Shown here in pieces: positions 9,991 to 27,009 of a stretch of DNA of 64,000 nucleotides. Location of the stretch: positions 64,001 through 128,000 of the forward strand of contig CAXXFL010000005.1 in NCBI GenBank assembly GCA_963674965.2, given 5' to 3'. Numbering within the stretch: the first letter of the stretch is position 1; each line of letters starts with the position of its first letter. Source of the DNA: a bacterium. Lineage in GTDB: Bacteria > RBG-13-61-14 > DATKZS01. The notes under the pieces were generated by a model. The model was given only the letters and a program-made list of their open reading frames with translations, was not told the DNA's origin and did not search any database. The position numbers and the translations under genes are program-made.

Positions 9991-11424
9991 ATGCGGGCTA
10001 TGGTAATTAAAGAAACAAGAAAAACCAAGATCGTCTGCACCATCGGCCCGGCCAGCGAGTCGGCGGCGGTGCTGACGCGGCTGGTTCGGGAGGGCATGGA
10101 CGTCGCCCGTCTGAACTTTTCCCACGGCGACCACCGGGAGCACCGGGCCAAGCTTAAGCTGATCAGAAAGATTTCGGAGAGCGTTGGCCGGCCGGTGGCG
10201 GTGATCCAGGACCTGTCCGGTCCGAAAATCCGCACGGGCGAGCTTCCCCCCGAGGGTTTCGCGGTATCCGCCGGCGACGAGGCCCTTTTATGCGGCCGGC
10301 GCAAGACGCTGCGCGACGGAATCATCCCCGTCAGTTATCCGCGCCTTGCCGGAGACGTCAAGGTGGGCGACGCCATTCTTTTGGCCGACGGCACTATCGA
10401 GCTGAAAGTCACGAAAATCGAGGCGGGCCTCGTCAAGTGCCTGGTGATCGTGGGAGGCGTCATAGGCACGCATAAAGGCGTTAACATTCCCAGCGAGGCC
10501 CTTTCAGTCTCGGGCCTTACGGAAAAAGACCTCGCCGACCTCGAGTTCGCGGCCAAGGAGGACGTCGATTTCGTGGCCCTGTCCTTCGTAAGAAGCGAAA
10601 AGGACGTGCTAAAGCTCAAGAAAATTCTTAAGAAGCGCGGCAAGGAAATTCCGGTCATCGCCAAAATTGAAAAACCCCAGGCCCTCGAGCGGATCGACCG
10701 TATTATCGAGGCTTCCGACGGGATCATGGTGGCAAGGGGCGACCTGGGCGTCGAGATACCCCTCGAGGAAGTGCCGGTGGTGCAGAAGATGCTGATCCGC
10801 AAGTGCAACCAGACGGGCAAGCCCGTCATCACTGCCACCCAGATGTTACGGTCCATGGTGGACAGCCCGCGTCCGACTCGCGCGGAGGTAAACGATGTGG
10901 CCAACGCCATTTTCGACGGGGCCGACGCGGTCATGCTCAGCGAGGAGACGGCCTCCGGCAAGTACCCCGCCGAGGCGGTCAAGGTGATGAGCAAAATAGC
11001 CAAGTCGGTGGAAAAGGAAATCGCGGAAAACGCGCCTTTAAAGCCGCCTTACCCCTCGGACGACGCCGTGCCCGACGCCATCAGCTACTCGGCTTACCTG
11101 ATGGCCGAGGACCTCGAGACCAGGGCCATCATATGCCCCACCCGGACCGGGGCCACGGCCAAGCGCATCTCCCGGTACCGACCCGACCCGCCGATCCTGG
11201 CGCTTACGCCCCTGGTCGAAACCCAGCGTCGTCTTTGCCTTACCTGGGGGGCCATACCGGTCAGGACCAATGAGCTTGGCATGGAGGGGGACATCACCGA
11301 GGAGGCCCTTGAATGGGCCAAGAAAAAGCTGAACCTGAAGAAAGGGCAGCGAATAATCATTACCGCCGGCACCTCGACCTCGGACCCCGGCTCCACCAAC
11401 ACCATAAGGCTCGAGACCATCTAA
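9991..11424 (+). CDS. pyk: Pyruvate kinase
   Basis: KTKIVCTIGPAS, RLNFSHG, AKIEK, MVARGDLGVE, TATQML, MLSEETA; GGAGG RBS. Confidence 0.97.
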   Translation: MRAMVIKETRKTKIVCTIGPASESAAVLTRLVREGMDVARLNFSHGDHREHRAKLKLIRKISESVGRPVAVIQDLSGPKIRTGELPPEGFAVSAGDEALLCGRRKTLRDGIIPVSYPRLAGDVKVGDAILLADGTIELKVTKIEAGLVKCLVIVGGVIGTHKGVNIPSEALSVSGLTEKDLADLEFAAKEDVDFVALSFVRSEKDVLKLKKILKKRGKEIPVIAKIEKPQALERIDRIIEASDGIMVARGDLGVEIPLEEVPVVQKMLIRKCNQTGKPVITATQMLRSMVDSPRPTRAEVNDVANAIFDGADAVMLSEETASGKYPAEAVKVMSKIAKSVEKEIAENAPLKPPYPSDDAVPDAISYSAYLMAEDLETRAIICPTRTGATAKRISRYRPDPPILALTPLVETQRRLCLTWGAIPVRTNELGMEGDITEEALEWAKKKLNLKKGQRIIITAGTSTSDPGSTNTIRLETI

Positions 11425-11430
11425 GAAAAA

Positions 11431-11476
11431 AGAGAAAAGAAAACGCGACCCTGGGCCGCGCTCTTCTCATTTTCTC
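11431..11476. terminator. Possible bidirectional terminator between pyk and the convergent gene
   Basis: Imperfect inverted repeat with a GC core, flanked by A-rich and T-rich tracts. Confidence 0.4.
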
Positions 11477-11490
11477 GTTAAGGCGTGGTT

Positions 11491-12546
11491 TTAGTCTTCC
11501 ACTATCCCCTCCTTAAGAGCGTTCAAATCGTGGACGGGGACCGACTGGATGCAGTCACGATCGGGATTGTACATCACCCGATAGGTCACCCCGAAGTTGC
11601 ATTGCTCATACATATGCCGCCATCCCCGGACCACGCTGGGGCACTCGTCGTTGAAACAGATATAATAGTACTCGCTGTCCCACTCGAGGAACGGGTCCTC
11701 TGGAACTTTCCATTTCTTCATGCGCGCCCCGCAATGAGGGCACTTAAGATTATGTTTTATATCGGCTTTTCTGCGAACGACCTCTTTCTTTTCCACTTTG
11801 GCGGGAAGGTCCGATTCCAGCTTGGGAAGTTTTGTGACGCCGCCCTTTTTCTGAGCGTAAAGAGCAAAGACGGGGTCGCTGGGAACGCCAAGGGAATAGT
11901 ACTTGTCGTCCTTAGGCCTTGGCCATCCCATGGAAATATAAAGCTCGGGTTCGTCAAAGGCCCCTGACGCCGTGAAATATTCCCGCGCCAGCTCGACCCT
12001 TTCCTTTTCAGTCGCTTCCCTCCAGATTTTAACGACTTTTTTAGGAAACCACCGGTTCGAGAAAATCACCAGGAAAAGCCCGCCCGGCTTCAGGACCCTG
12101 CCAACCTCCTCGAATAAATCGAAGGGCCTCGTCATGTAGTCCACGGAAACCACGTTAAGAACAACGTCAAAGGAATTGTCGAGAAACGGGAGCTTGGGAT
12201 CCACGTTAAGATCATGCATTACCGCCTCGGTCACGGCCGGGTTATGTTCAAGCTCCCGCCGGTTAAGACCCAGCCCGACGACCTTGGCCGGGCGGACACG
12301 GTCGGGAATATGGGACTCCCATCCAGCCATAAGGTCCAGGATAACCGGTCTTTTATCGGTTATGAGCTTGCCGATTATCTCACTGACTTTATCCCTGGCC
12401 CTCGAGTCGAGGTGATGTACAAATCTGTCAATTTCGTAAAAACTGGAATCATCCCTTTCGTCCTCTCTCTCGAAAGCGTCCTTTTCTCCCAGGAAATTTA
12501 TAATAGAAGTCAAGTCTTCACATTTACGTACCGCGTAAACCATCAT
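11491..12546 (-). CDS. Class I SAM methyltransferase (type 11) fused to a C-terminal Cys4 zinc-finger-like domain
   Basis: LDLMAGWESH, GLGLN, DLN..PKLPF, VSVDYM, FSNRWF; C-terminal CPHC...ICFNDEC. Confidence 0.8.
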   Translation of the reverse strand: MMVYAVRKCEDLTSIINFLGEKDAFEREDERDDSSFYEIDRFVHHLDSRARDKVSEIIGKLITDKRPVILDLMAGWESHIPDRVRPAKVVGLGLNRRELEHNPAVTEAVMHDLNVDPKLPFLDNSFDVVLNVVSVDYMTRPFDLFEEVGRVLKPGGLFLVIFSNRWFPKKVVKIWREATEKERVELAREYFTASGAFDEPELYISMGWPRPKDDKYYSLGVPSDPVFALYAQKKGGVTKLPKLESDLPAKVEKKEVVRRKADIKHNLKCPHCGARMKKWKVPEDPFLEWDSEYYYICFNDECPSVVRGWRHMYEQCNFGVTYRVMYNPDRDCIQSVPVHDLNALKEGIVED

Positions 12547-12964
12547 TTTACCTCCTGATATTAGTTTATAATCCGGTTAGTTACGAGTATTTTTACCCTC
12601 AATTCAACCACCCCCTTTTTCAGGTTTGCCTTTAACCAATTTCCAAGCGGCCGACTAGGAAATTAAACAAATACCTGATTATAAGTTATGGCCTCTTCCG
12701 AGAATGTCAATGGATGAGATTGGCCGTTGATCCAGGCGATGTGAATCCCTTATCCAGAGTCCATTTCCAAACGGCTTCTCACTCTGACCGCTCATGCCGC
12801 CGCGTCCGATTAATATTTGGCAATGTTCACCCGACCTGTTAATATTAAACGCACACGGGAACTTTCCACGCCTTCCCCGCCATCGTCGCGAGGCTGGCAT
12901 AATGAGATCAAAAATCCGAGCCTGGACCTTACAAGGTCGGCCAAGTTTCATCGAGGAGAACGGC

Positions 12965-20659
<7,695 letters not shown>

Positions 20660-20685
20660 AGCATTAACGCGGCCGCGCCAAATTC

Positions 20686-20723
20686 AATCGGCCTCCCCCG
20701 GTCATGAGGGAGGCCGATTTGTT
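20686..20723. terminator. Intrinsic terminator hairpin, probably bidirectional
   Basis: AATCGGCCTCCC-loop-GGGAGGCCGATT followed by TGTT, between convergent genes. Confidence 0.75.
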
Positions 20724-20792
20724 CGCGAAAACGAAACCGACGCGAGCGTATATAGGTCCAAATTCGGATTGGCTTAGATATGAACGGCCGGC

Positions 20793-22115
20793 TCAGTCCC
20801 CCTCCAGGCACTTGGCCCTTCTTTCCATGTCCTCTTTAAAATAGGTGCCGGGCACAAGCTCGAGGATTCTTTTCTCCGTCTCGGCCAGGTCACGGCGGGT
20901 CAAGTGAGCCAGTCGTATGGGTTGGAGGTTGTAAAGATAATCCGAGTCCTCGGGGTTCTCGATGTTATAGGCCCCCATCTCGATCACCTTGTCGAAAAGC
21001 GCCGTGCCCGGCGCGGGCGTGGTGACCGCGATGGACACGCTGTTGGGCCGTATGCGCTCGACCAGGCGCACGGTCATCTCCAGCTCTTCCCTGGTTTCCT
21101 CCGGGGCCCCCAGCATGAGGAAGGCGTGAGTTCCGACGCCCATTTGTCTGCAAAGGTCGAAGGCCGCTATGGTCTGCTCGACCTTGATATTTTTCCTGTA
21201 GAAATCGAGCACCTTTTGCGACCCGCTCTCGACGCCGAAGGCTAGGCCGCGAAGGCCGCACCTTATCATCTGCCCGATGAGGGGGGCGTCGACCTGGTCG
21301 ACCCGGGCCTGACAGGAAAAGGTCGCGCTCTCGAGGCCTTGCCCCGCCATTTCCCGCTCGAAATCCACGAACCACTCCCTGCCCGCCAGGGCCATGGTGT
21401 CGTCTCTGAACAAAAAGGAATTGATTCCGTAATCCCGTTTTATGGAGGCCATCTCGCTTGCGATGCGCCTCACGCTCCTTCTCCGGATTTTCCTGCCGAA
21501 TATTTTGTCCTGCATGGGCTTGCAGAAAAGGCAGTTAAAGGGACATCCCCTGGTGGCCACGACCCCGATTTGAGTAAGGTCCCGCTTGAAGTACTCGTCG
21601 TATTTTATCAGCGACCGGTCGGGGTCGGGCAGGTCGTCCAGGTCCGGCTCGAAGGGGCGCTCGGGTCCGAAGACGACTTTATCTTCCTTGCGCGCGGCCA
21701 CTCCCGGCACGTCTCCCGGGAAGTCTCCTTTTTCCATGGCCCGGACAAGGTCCACGGCCGAGCGCTCTCCCTCGCCGATGACCACGGCGTCGAATCCCCT
21801 GGCCAGCGACTCCTCGGGCAGGGCCGTCCCGTGGGGGCCTCCCAGCACCACCGGGATTTCCGGCCTGGCCTGCTTGATCCTGTCCAGGACCCTGGCGGCC
21901 CTTCCGAAAAGAGCGGTCGAGGAGCTTATACCCACCATGTGGGCCCAATCCAGGGCCGCGTCGACCTCCTCGATGGGATCGAAGGTGAGGTCGATCATGC
22001 GGACCTCGTGCCCGTCCCCCGCGAGGGCCGCCGCCACGTGGCTGATGCCCAGCGGTTCCTGGAGCTTGCCAAAGGTGGGGTAGTCCCACCGAGGATAAAC
22101 GAATACCACGTTCAT
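20793..22115 (-). CDS. B12-binding-domain radical SAM protein
   Basis: EPLGISHVAA, GGPHGT, IGEGE, TRGCPFNCLFC, FGVESG; start MNVVFVYP overlaps the mutS2 stop (ATGA). Confidence 0.92.
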   Translation of the reverse strand: MNVVFVYPRWDYPTFGKLQEPLGISHVAAALAGDGHEVRMIDLTFDPIEEVDAALDWAHMVGISSSTALFGRAARVLDRIKQARPEIPVVLGGPHGTALPEESLARGFDAVVIGEGERSAVDLVRAMEKGDFPGDVPGVAARKEDKVVFGPERPFEPDLDDLPDPDRSLIKYDEYFKRDLTQIGVVATRGCPFNCLFCKPMQDKIFGRKIRRRSVRRIASEMASIKRDYGINSFLFRDDTMALAGREWFVDFEREMAGQGLESATFSCQARVDQVDAPLIGQMIRCGLRGLAFGVESGSQKVLDFYRKNIKVEQTIAAFDLCRQMGVGTHAFLMLGAPEETREELEMTVRLVERIRPNSVSIAVTTPAPGTALFDKVIEMGAYNIENPEDSDYLYNLQPIRLAHLTRRDLAETEKRILELVPGTYFKEDMERRAKCLEGD

Positions 22116-24616
22116 GTGCCGCCTAACTCCTTGAGGACGACCATGGTGACCCCATCGCCCCCCTCTCCTTTTTGTCCGGGCCTGTATTCCTCCACGTAGG
22201 GGGAATCGGCCAGGAGCTCGCGAACGAACTGTTTGAGCGCCCCGGTCCCGTGACCGTGAATGACGAAAACGTTGGGCATGTTCCTTCTGCAACACTGATC
22301 CAGAAACGAGTCAACCTCCGTCTCCGCCTCGTGGACCCGCATGCCCCTTAAGTCAAGGGAATTGGATGACGTGGGCGGAAGCACGGGACTCGAGGTCCGG
22401 GCGTATTCCGAATAGACCGCGTCCCCCGACGGGGTTTTACCGGGAGCCGGCTCCCGCTTCTTCTTGGGCTTCTTGTGTAAAATGTCCCTTACCTCGGCCG
22501 GGCGCTTGGCGGGCGCCAGCCTTATCTTGCCCGCCTGCACCTTGACCTTGAGGTTGCCCATCTTGACCTTCACTTCCGTCGAGTCCAGCACCTTGCCCTT
22601 GGGCTTCTCGACGATTTCGGCCTCCATCCCGAGGGGGGCCACCCGCACCTTCGCGCCCTTGCTTATCTTGTTCCAGTCCGGCCGCTCTCCCGAGTCCTTT
22701 TCCGAGAAGGATGAGATGGCCGACTCGCGGACCTCCTTCAATCTCCGGCGGCCGTCGAGGGCGTCCTGGACCGAGCCGCCCCTTTCCTTGATCCCGTCGA
22801 TAATGGCGTTCAGTTCCTCCTCCGCCGAGGTCACCGCCTGACGTATGCCCGCCTGGACCCGCGAATTGAACTCCTTTTCCCGGGCCATGGCCCGCTTGCG
22901 AAGCTCACGGTAGTCCTCCGCCAGGCGCTCGACCGACCGCCTCTCGGCCTCGAGCTCGGTCCTTTCCTCGTCGGCCTTTTCGAGCCGGCGGGACAGCTCG
23001 GCCAGAAGCGACTCCATGTCTTGTTTGGAGCCGTCCACCATCGAGCGGGAACGCTCGACGAGGGGAGCGGGAAGACCGAGGCGGGCCGCCACCTCGATGC
23101 CCAGGCTGCGGCCGGGGACCCCCGGCACGACGCGATAGGACGGCGTCAGGTTATCGGGGTCGAAGCTGAAGCCCGCGTTCATGAATCCTTTCCTCTCATG
23201 GGCGTAGGACTTGAGAGCGGGAAAGTGAGTGGTGGCCATAACCACGGCCCCCTTTTCCATGAGGGCCGACAATATGGACGCCGCCAGGGCCGAACCTTCC
23301 TCGGGGTCGGTGGTGCTCATGATCTCGTCGAAAAGCACCAACGAGCCAGGCCCCGCGGCTCGGTAAATCCCGATCATGTCCTTCATCCGGCTCGAGAAAC
23401 TGGACAGGTCCTGGGAGATGTCCTGGCCGTCCCCGATCACCGAGAACAGGTCCTTGAACACGGCCAGGCGAGCCCCATCCTCAGCCGGCACGAACATGCC
23501 CGCCCTGCCCATGAGCGAGAAAAGACCCACCATGGTCAGGCTGACCGTCTTGCCCCCCGCGTTGGGTCCGCTCACCAGAAGGACCTTGACGTCCCCGCCC
23601 AGCTTGACGTCGTTGGGCACGACCTCGATCCCGCGTAGAGTCAGCAGGGGATGGCGGGCCTTTTTGAGGTCCATGATCCCCTCACCGTTCATGACGGGCC
23701 TTCCGGCCTTGAGATCGAGGGCCAGGCGGGCCCGGGCGCGGACGGCGTCCAGTTGGGTAAGGGACCTCTGGTCGGCCAGAATCACGTCGCCCTTTTCCGC
23801 GATGGAGGCGGCAAGTTCCCTTAATATCCGTTGAATCTCGGCCTCGATCTCGGCCTCGATCAGCCTGACCCTGTTGTTGGGCTCGACCAACTCGGCCGGC
23901 TCGACGTAGACGGTCTGGCCGCTGGCGGAGGTATCGTGGACGATGCCGTCGAATCTTTTCCTCTCCGATGCCTTTACGGGAATGACGTACCTTTGTCCCC
24001 TCTGGGTGTAATAGGAGTCCTGGAGGGGGGAGTCGCCTCCCGCTCTTGACACGATCTCGGAGAGCCTTCGGTGTATCCTTTCCTTGAGGGCCTTGTATTT
24101 CTTGCGCAAGGAGGATAACTCGGGACTGGCCGTGTCGAGGATCGAGCCGTCCCGGTCCACGCTCCTGGCCAGGGCCCTTCTCAGGTCCCGCGCCTCGTCC
24201 AGGGCGTCGGCCCACTCGTTCAGGAGCCGGGCCTCGGGATGGGCCTTGTAATAGGACCCGGCCTGGTTGGCGGCCGAGAGCACGTCCATTACCGCCACCA
24301 TCTCCAGCGGCTCGGGCACGCCGTTGGCCCGGGCCGTCTCGACCAGGCGGGACACGTCCTTGATGGCCGCGGCCGGCGGCGGGTCGCCCAGGGCGAAGAG
24401 GGCGACCATCTCGGCGGTCTCGTCGAGGGCGCGGTTGCAGGACTCGGGGCCCTCGAAAAGGACCGGGTCCAGACACTCGGCCTTGCCCGGCTCGCTCGCG
24501 GCCCGGGCGGCGAGGGCGCCAAGGAGTTCGAGCCACCCTATCGAGGCCAGGGTCTTTCGATAAAGGACCTCCTTTTCCGGCGCGCCGGTATTGGGCTTTG
24601 TATCGGTCGGTTTCAT
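22112..24616 (-). CDS. mutS2: MutS2 (ATPase with C-terminal Smr domain)
   Basis: GIVHDTSASGQTVYVEP, SGPNAGGKT, QDLSSFS, TTHF, coiled coil, Smr LDLRG...IHGHGTG. Confidence 0.95.
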   Translation of the reverse strand: MKPTDTKPNTGAPEKEVLYRKTLASIGWLELLGALAARAASEPGKAECLDPVLFEGPESCNRALDETAEMVALFALGDPPPAAAIKDVSRLVETARANGVPEPLEMVAVMDVLSAANQAGSYYKAHPEARLLNEWADALDEARDLRRALARSVDRDGSILDTASPELSSLRKKYKALKERIHRRLSEIVSRAGGDSPLQDSYYTQRGQRYVIPVKASERKRFDGIVHDTSASGQTVYVEPAELVEPNNRVRLIEAEIEAEIQRILRELAASIAEKGDVILADQRSLTQLDAVRARARLALDLKAGRPVMNGEGIMDLKKARHPLLTLRGIEVVPNDVKLGGDVKVLLVSGPNAGGKTVSLTMVGLFSLMGRAGMFVPAEDGARLAVFKDLFSVIGDGQDISQDLSSFSSRMKDMIGIYRAAGPGSLVLFDEIMSTTDPEEGSALAASILSALMEKGAVVMATTHFPALKSYAHERKGFMNAGFSFDPDNLTPSYRVVPGVPGRSLGIEVAARLGLPAPLVERSRSMVDGSKQDMESLLAELSRRLEKADEERTELEAERRSVERLAEDYRELRKRAMAREKEFNSRVQAGIRQAVTSAEEELNAIIDGIKERGGSVQDALDGRRRLKEVRESAISSFSEKDSGERPDWNKISKGAKVRVAPLGMEAEIVEKPKGKVLDSTEVKVKMGNLKVKVQAGKIRLAPAKRPAEVRDILHKKPKKKREPAPGKTPSGDAVYSEYARTSSPVLPPTSSNSLDLRGMRVHEAETEVDSFLDQCCRRNMPNVFVIHGHGTGALKQFVRELLADSPYVEEYRPGQKGEGGDGVTMVVLKELGGT

Positions 24617-26316
24617 TTTATCCTGGGCAGATAGGGCATGTGCGCGAGGACCCTCGCGTCGGCCATGGCTTCGTACTTAAGCGCGGTCCTTATCAGCGGC
24701 CCCGCGCCCGATGAGAAGGGAAGATGAAAAGGAAGGGACGGAAAGGACGGCCGCCCGGCGCGGGGCAGGCTGACCACCGGGACCCGCCTCGAGAGTGAAA
24801 TCCCCGCCATTTCCTTGGCCCGCTCGACGGCCTTGATCAGGTGTCCCAACTCGTCCACCAGGCCCAGGCCCCTGGCCTGGTCGCCCGTCCATACCCGGCC
24901 CTGGGCCGCCTTCTCCATCTCGGCCGCGTCGCGCTTTCTCGACTTCGCGGCCTTGTCCACGAAAATCTTGTAGACCGAGTCCATCTCCCGGCGCAGCTTG
25001 CCTCGGAGCTCGGGGGTGAGAGGCCCGTAGTCGGTCACGAGGTCGGCGTGTTTTCCCCTGGCCACCCTTTCCTTCTTGATGCCTATCTTCTCGTAGAGGC
25101 CCTTGAAGTTCATCTTGCCCCCGATAACCCCGATGGACCCGGTAAGGGTGGTGGGCGAGGCGATGATCTTATCGGCGGGCATGGCGATGTAGTATCCGCC
25201 CGAGGCGGCCACGTCGGCCATCGATGCGATAACGGGCTTGGTCTTGGCCAGCCTTACCACCTCGCGCCAGATGAGGTCCGAATGCACGGCCGAGCCGCCG
25301 GGGCTGTCCACCCGCAAAACGGCCGCGGCGATCGAGTCGTCCTCCCTGGCCTCGCGGAGGGCCCGACGCAGAGTGTCCGCGCCGATGGTCCCGTCGCCCC
25401 CGCCGTAATACCTGCTTTCGCCGCCGTGGATGGGGCCGGAGGCGGTAATGATGGCCAGGGTCTGGAGCTTCCGCCAGGGATCAGCCATGGAGGCCCGGGG
25501 ACCAAAGTACTTGAAGAACTTATCCAGGCCGACCCTCTTGACGGACAGGCCCATCCACTTCTCGATGTAGTCCTCCAGCTCGTCCTCATAAAGAAGGGCG
25601 TCCACCAGGCCCTCCTCCTTGGCCTCCTCCGAAAGCCAGGGACCGCCGTCGATAAGGCGGCGCACCTGGTCCTCGCTCATGCCCCGGCCCTCGGCCATGG
25701 CCTTTACCCACAGGCCGAAGATGCTGTCCAGCAGGGACTCGACCGCCTCCCGGTGGGCGCGGGACATGCCCTCGCGGGTGTAGGGCTCGATGGCGGACTT
25801 GTACTTGCCCGCCTGAAACATCTCCGGCTCGATGGCCAGCTTGTCCATGACCCCCTTGAAATACATGACCTCGCTGAGAAGGCCGGTAAGATAAAAGGGA
25901 GTACCGGGAGGGGCCACGACCTTGTCGCAGGCCGCGGCCAGTAGAAAGTCCACGTTCTCGGGCTGCTCGAGATAGGCGACCACGCGCTTGCCCCGGGCGC
26001 GGAAGCGGGCGATGGCCTCGGCCAGCTCGAAGGCCCGGCCCCACCCCAGGTCGTGTCTGGCCACCCGGAGGAGCGCGAGCTTGATCTGGGGGTTGTCCGC
26101 CGCCAGCTCGAGCCCGGACAGAAGGTCCCGCATGGTCAAGTGGGGCGCGGGCATAAGGCGGCGCCAGAGGCCGGAAAGGCCGGCCTCCTCGGGCACCTGG
26201 CCCGAGAGGAAGACGTCCAGGGCGTTAACGCTCGAGGCCCCGCGTCTCGATACCCAGGATGAAAGATTTGAAGCGCCGATGCCGGCGCTTCTTACCGTTT
26301 TGGATACTTGTCCCAT
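24613..26316 (-). CDS. sppA: Signal peptide peptidase SppA (67K-type, two S49 domains)
   Basis: GKYKSA, RVDSPGGS, AASGGYY, TGSIGV, GRVWTG. Confidence 0.92.
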   Translation of the reverse strand: MGQVSKTVRSAGIGASNLSSWVSRRGASSVNALDVFLSGQVPEEAGLSGLWRRLMPAPHLTMRDLLSGLELAADNPQIKLALLRVARHDLGWGRAFELAEAIARFRARGKRVVAYLEQPENVDFLLAAACDKVVAPPGTPFYLTGLLSEVMYFKGVMDKLAIEPEMFQAGKYKSAIEPYTREGMSRAHREAVESLLDSIFGLWVKAMAEGRGMSEDQVRRLIDGGPWLSEEAKEEGLVDALLYEDELEDYIEKWMGLSVKRVGLDKFFKYFGPRASMADPWRKLQTLAIITASGPIHGGESRYYGGGDGTIGADTLRRALREAREDDSIAAAVLRVDSPGGSAVHSDLIWREVVRLAKTKPVIASMADVAASGGYYIAMPADKIIASPTTLTGSIGVIGGKMNFKGLYEKIGIKKERVARGKHADLVTDYGPLTPELRGKLRREMDSVYKIFVDKAAKSRKRDAAEMEKAAQGRVWTGDQARGLGLVDELGHLIKAVERAKEMAGISLSRRVPVVSLPRAGRPSFPSLPFHLPFSSGAGPLIRTALKYEAMADARVLAHMPYLPRIK

Positions 26317-26325
26317 GATTCGATT

Positions 26326-26958
26326 CTATTCGTTCACCTGGAGGTTTATATCCAGTATTTTGACGGGGGTGAGGGGCATATAGGGCCTGGGCTTTCCTCC
26401 CTTCGGCGTCACCTCGAGGGCGCCGATCCTTTCCACCGTGGCCATGCCCTCGTCCACCTCTCCGAACACGGAATAGAGTCCGTCCCGGAGCAGCCGGAGG
26501 TCCCGCAGGGTCACGTAGAACACGCTTCCCGCCTCGCTTTTTTCGTCCAGCGGGTTCCGGTCGAAGCCCACGGCCCCCTTGATATGGGGCGCGGAGGGCG
26601 ACTCGAGGGCCACGCCGTAGCCGGGCCCGCCTTCCCCCGTTCCCAACGGGCATCCTCCCTCGATCCAGAAGCCGGGTCGTATCTCGTGGAAGGTCAGTCC
26701 GTCGTAAAAGCCCTGCTTGACGAGCTTGATGAAGTGCCTGCAGTTTTCCGGGGCCCACTCCGGATGAAGCTTGATCCTGAAGCTCCCGAAATTGGTTTTC
26801 ACCACGGCCGAGAGCCTGGCCATGTCGGCCTCGGTCAATTCCTCGGCGCTCTTTTGCAGGACCGGGTCGTCGACCCTGGTTTTAGGATCGCATCCGGAGG
26901 CCGGAAAAAGCAATGCCAGCGTCGCGCATATAACAAATACACCGATTACTTTCTTCAT
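26326..26958 (-). CDS. Cyclophilin-type PPIase-like lipoprotein with a degenerate active site
   Basis: Lipobox ASGC; APENCRHFIKL, GFYDGLTFH, GTGEGGPGY, YSVFGEV. Confidence 0.85.
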   Translation of the reverse strand: MKKVIGVFVICATLALLFPASGCDPKTRVDDPVLQKSAEELTEADMARLSAVVKTNFGSFRIKLHPEWAPENCRHFIKLVKQGFYDGLTFHEIRPGFWIEGGCPLGTGEGGPGYGVALESPSAPHIKGAVGFDRNPLDEKSEAGSVFYVTLRDLRLLRDGLYSVFGEVDEGMATVERIGALEVTPKGGKPRPYMPLTPVKILDINLQVNE

Positions 26959-27009
26959 GCTTTATCCACACCTCATATCAAGTTTTACGGCTTCTGTATC
27001 CCCGGGTCT

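Noticed and set aside
12600-12640. c-di-GMP-I riboswitch-like GGCAAACC-GAAA on the minus strand
   Set aside because: The following GACGCAAA element and second stem are missing.
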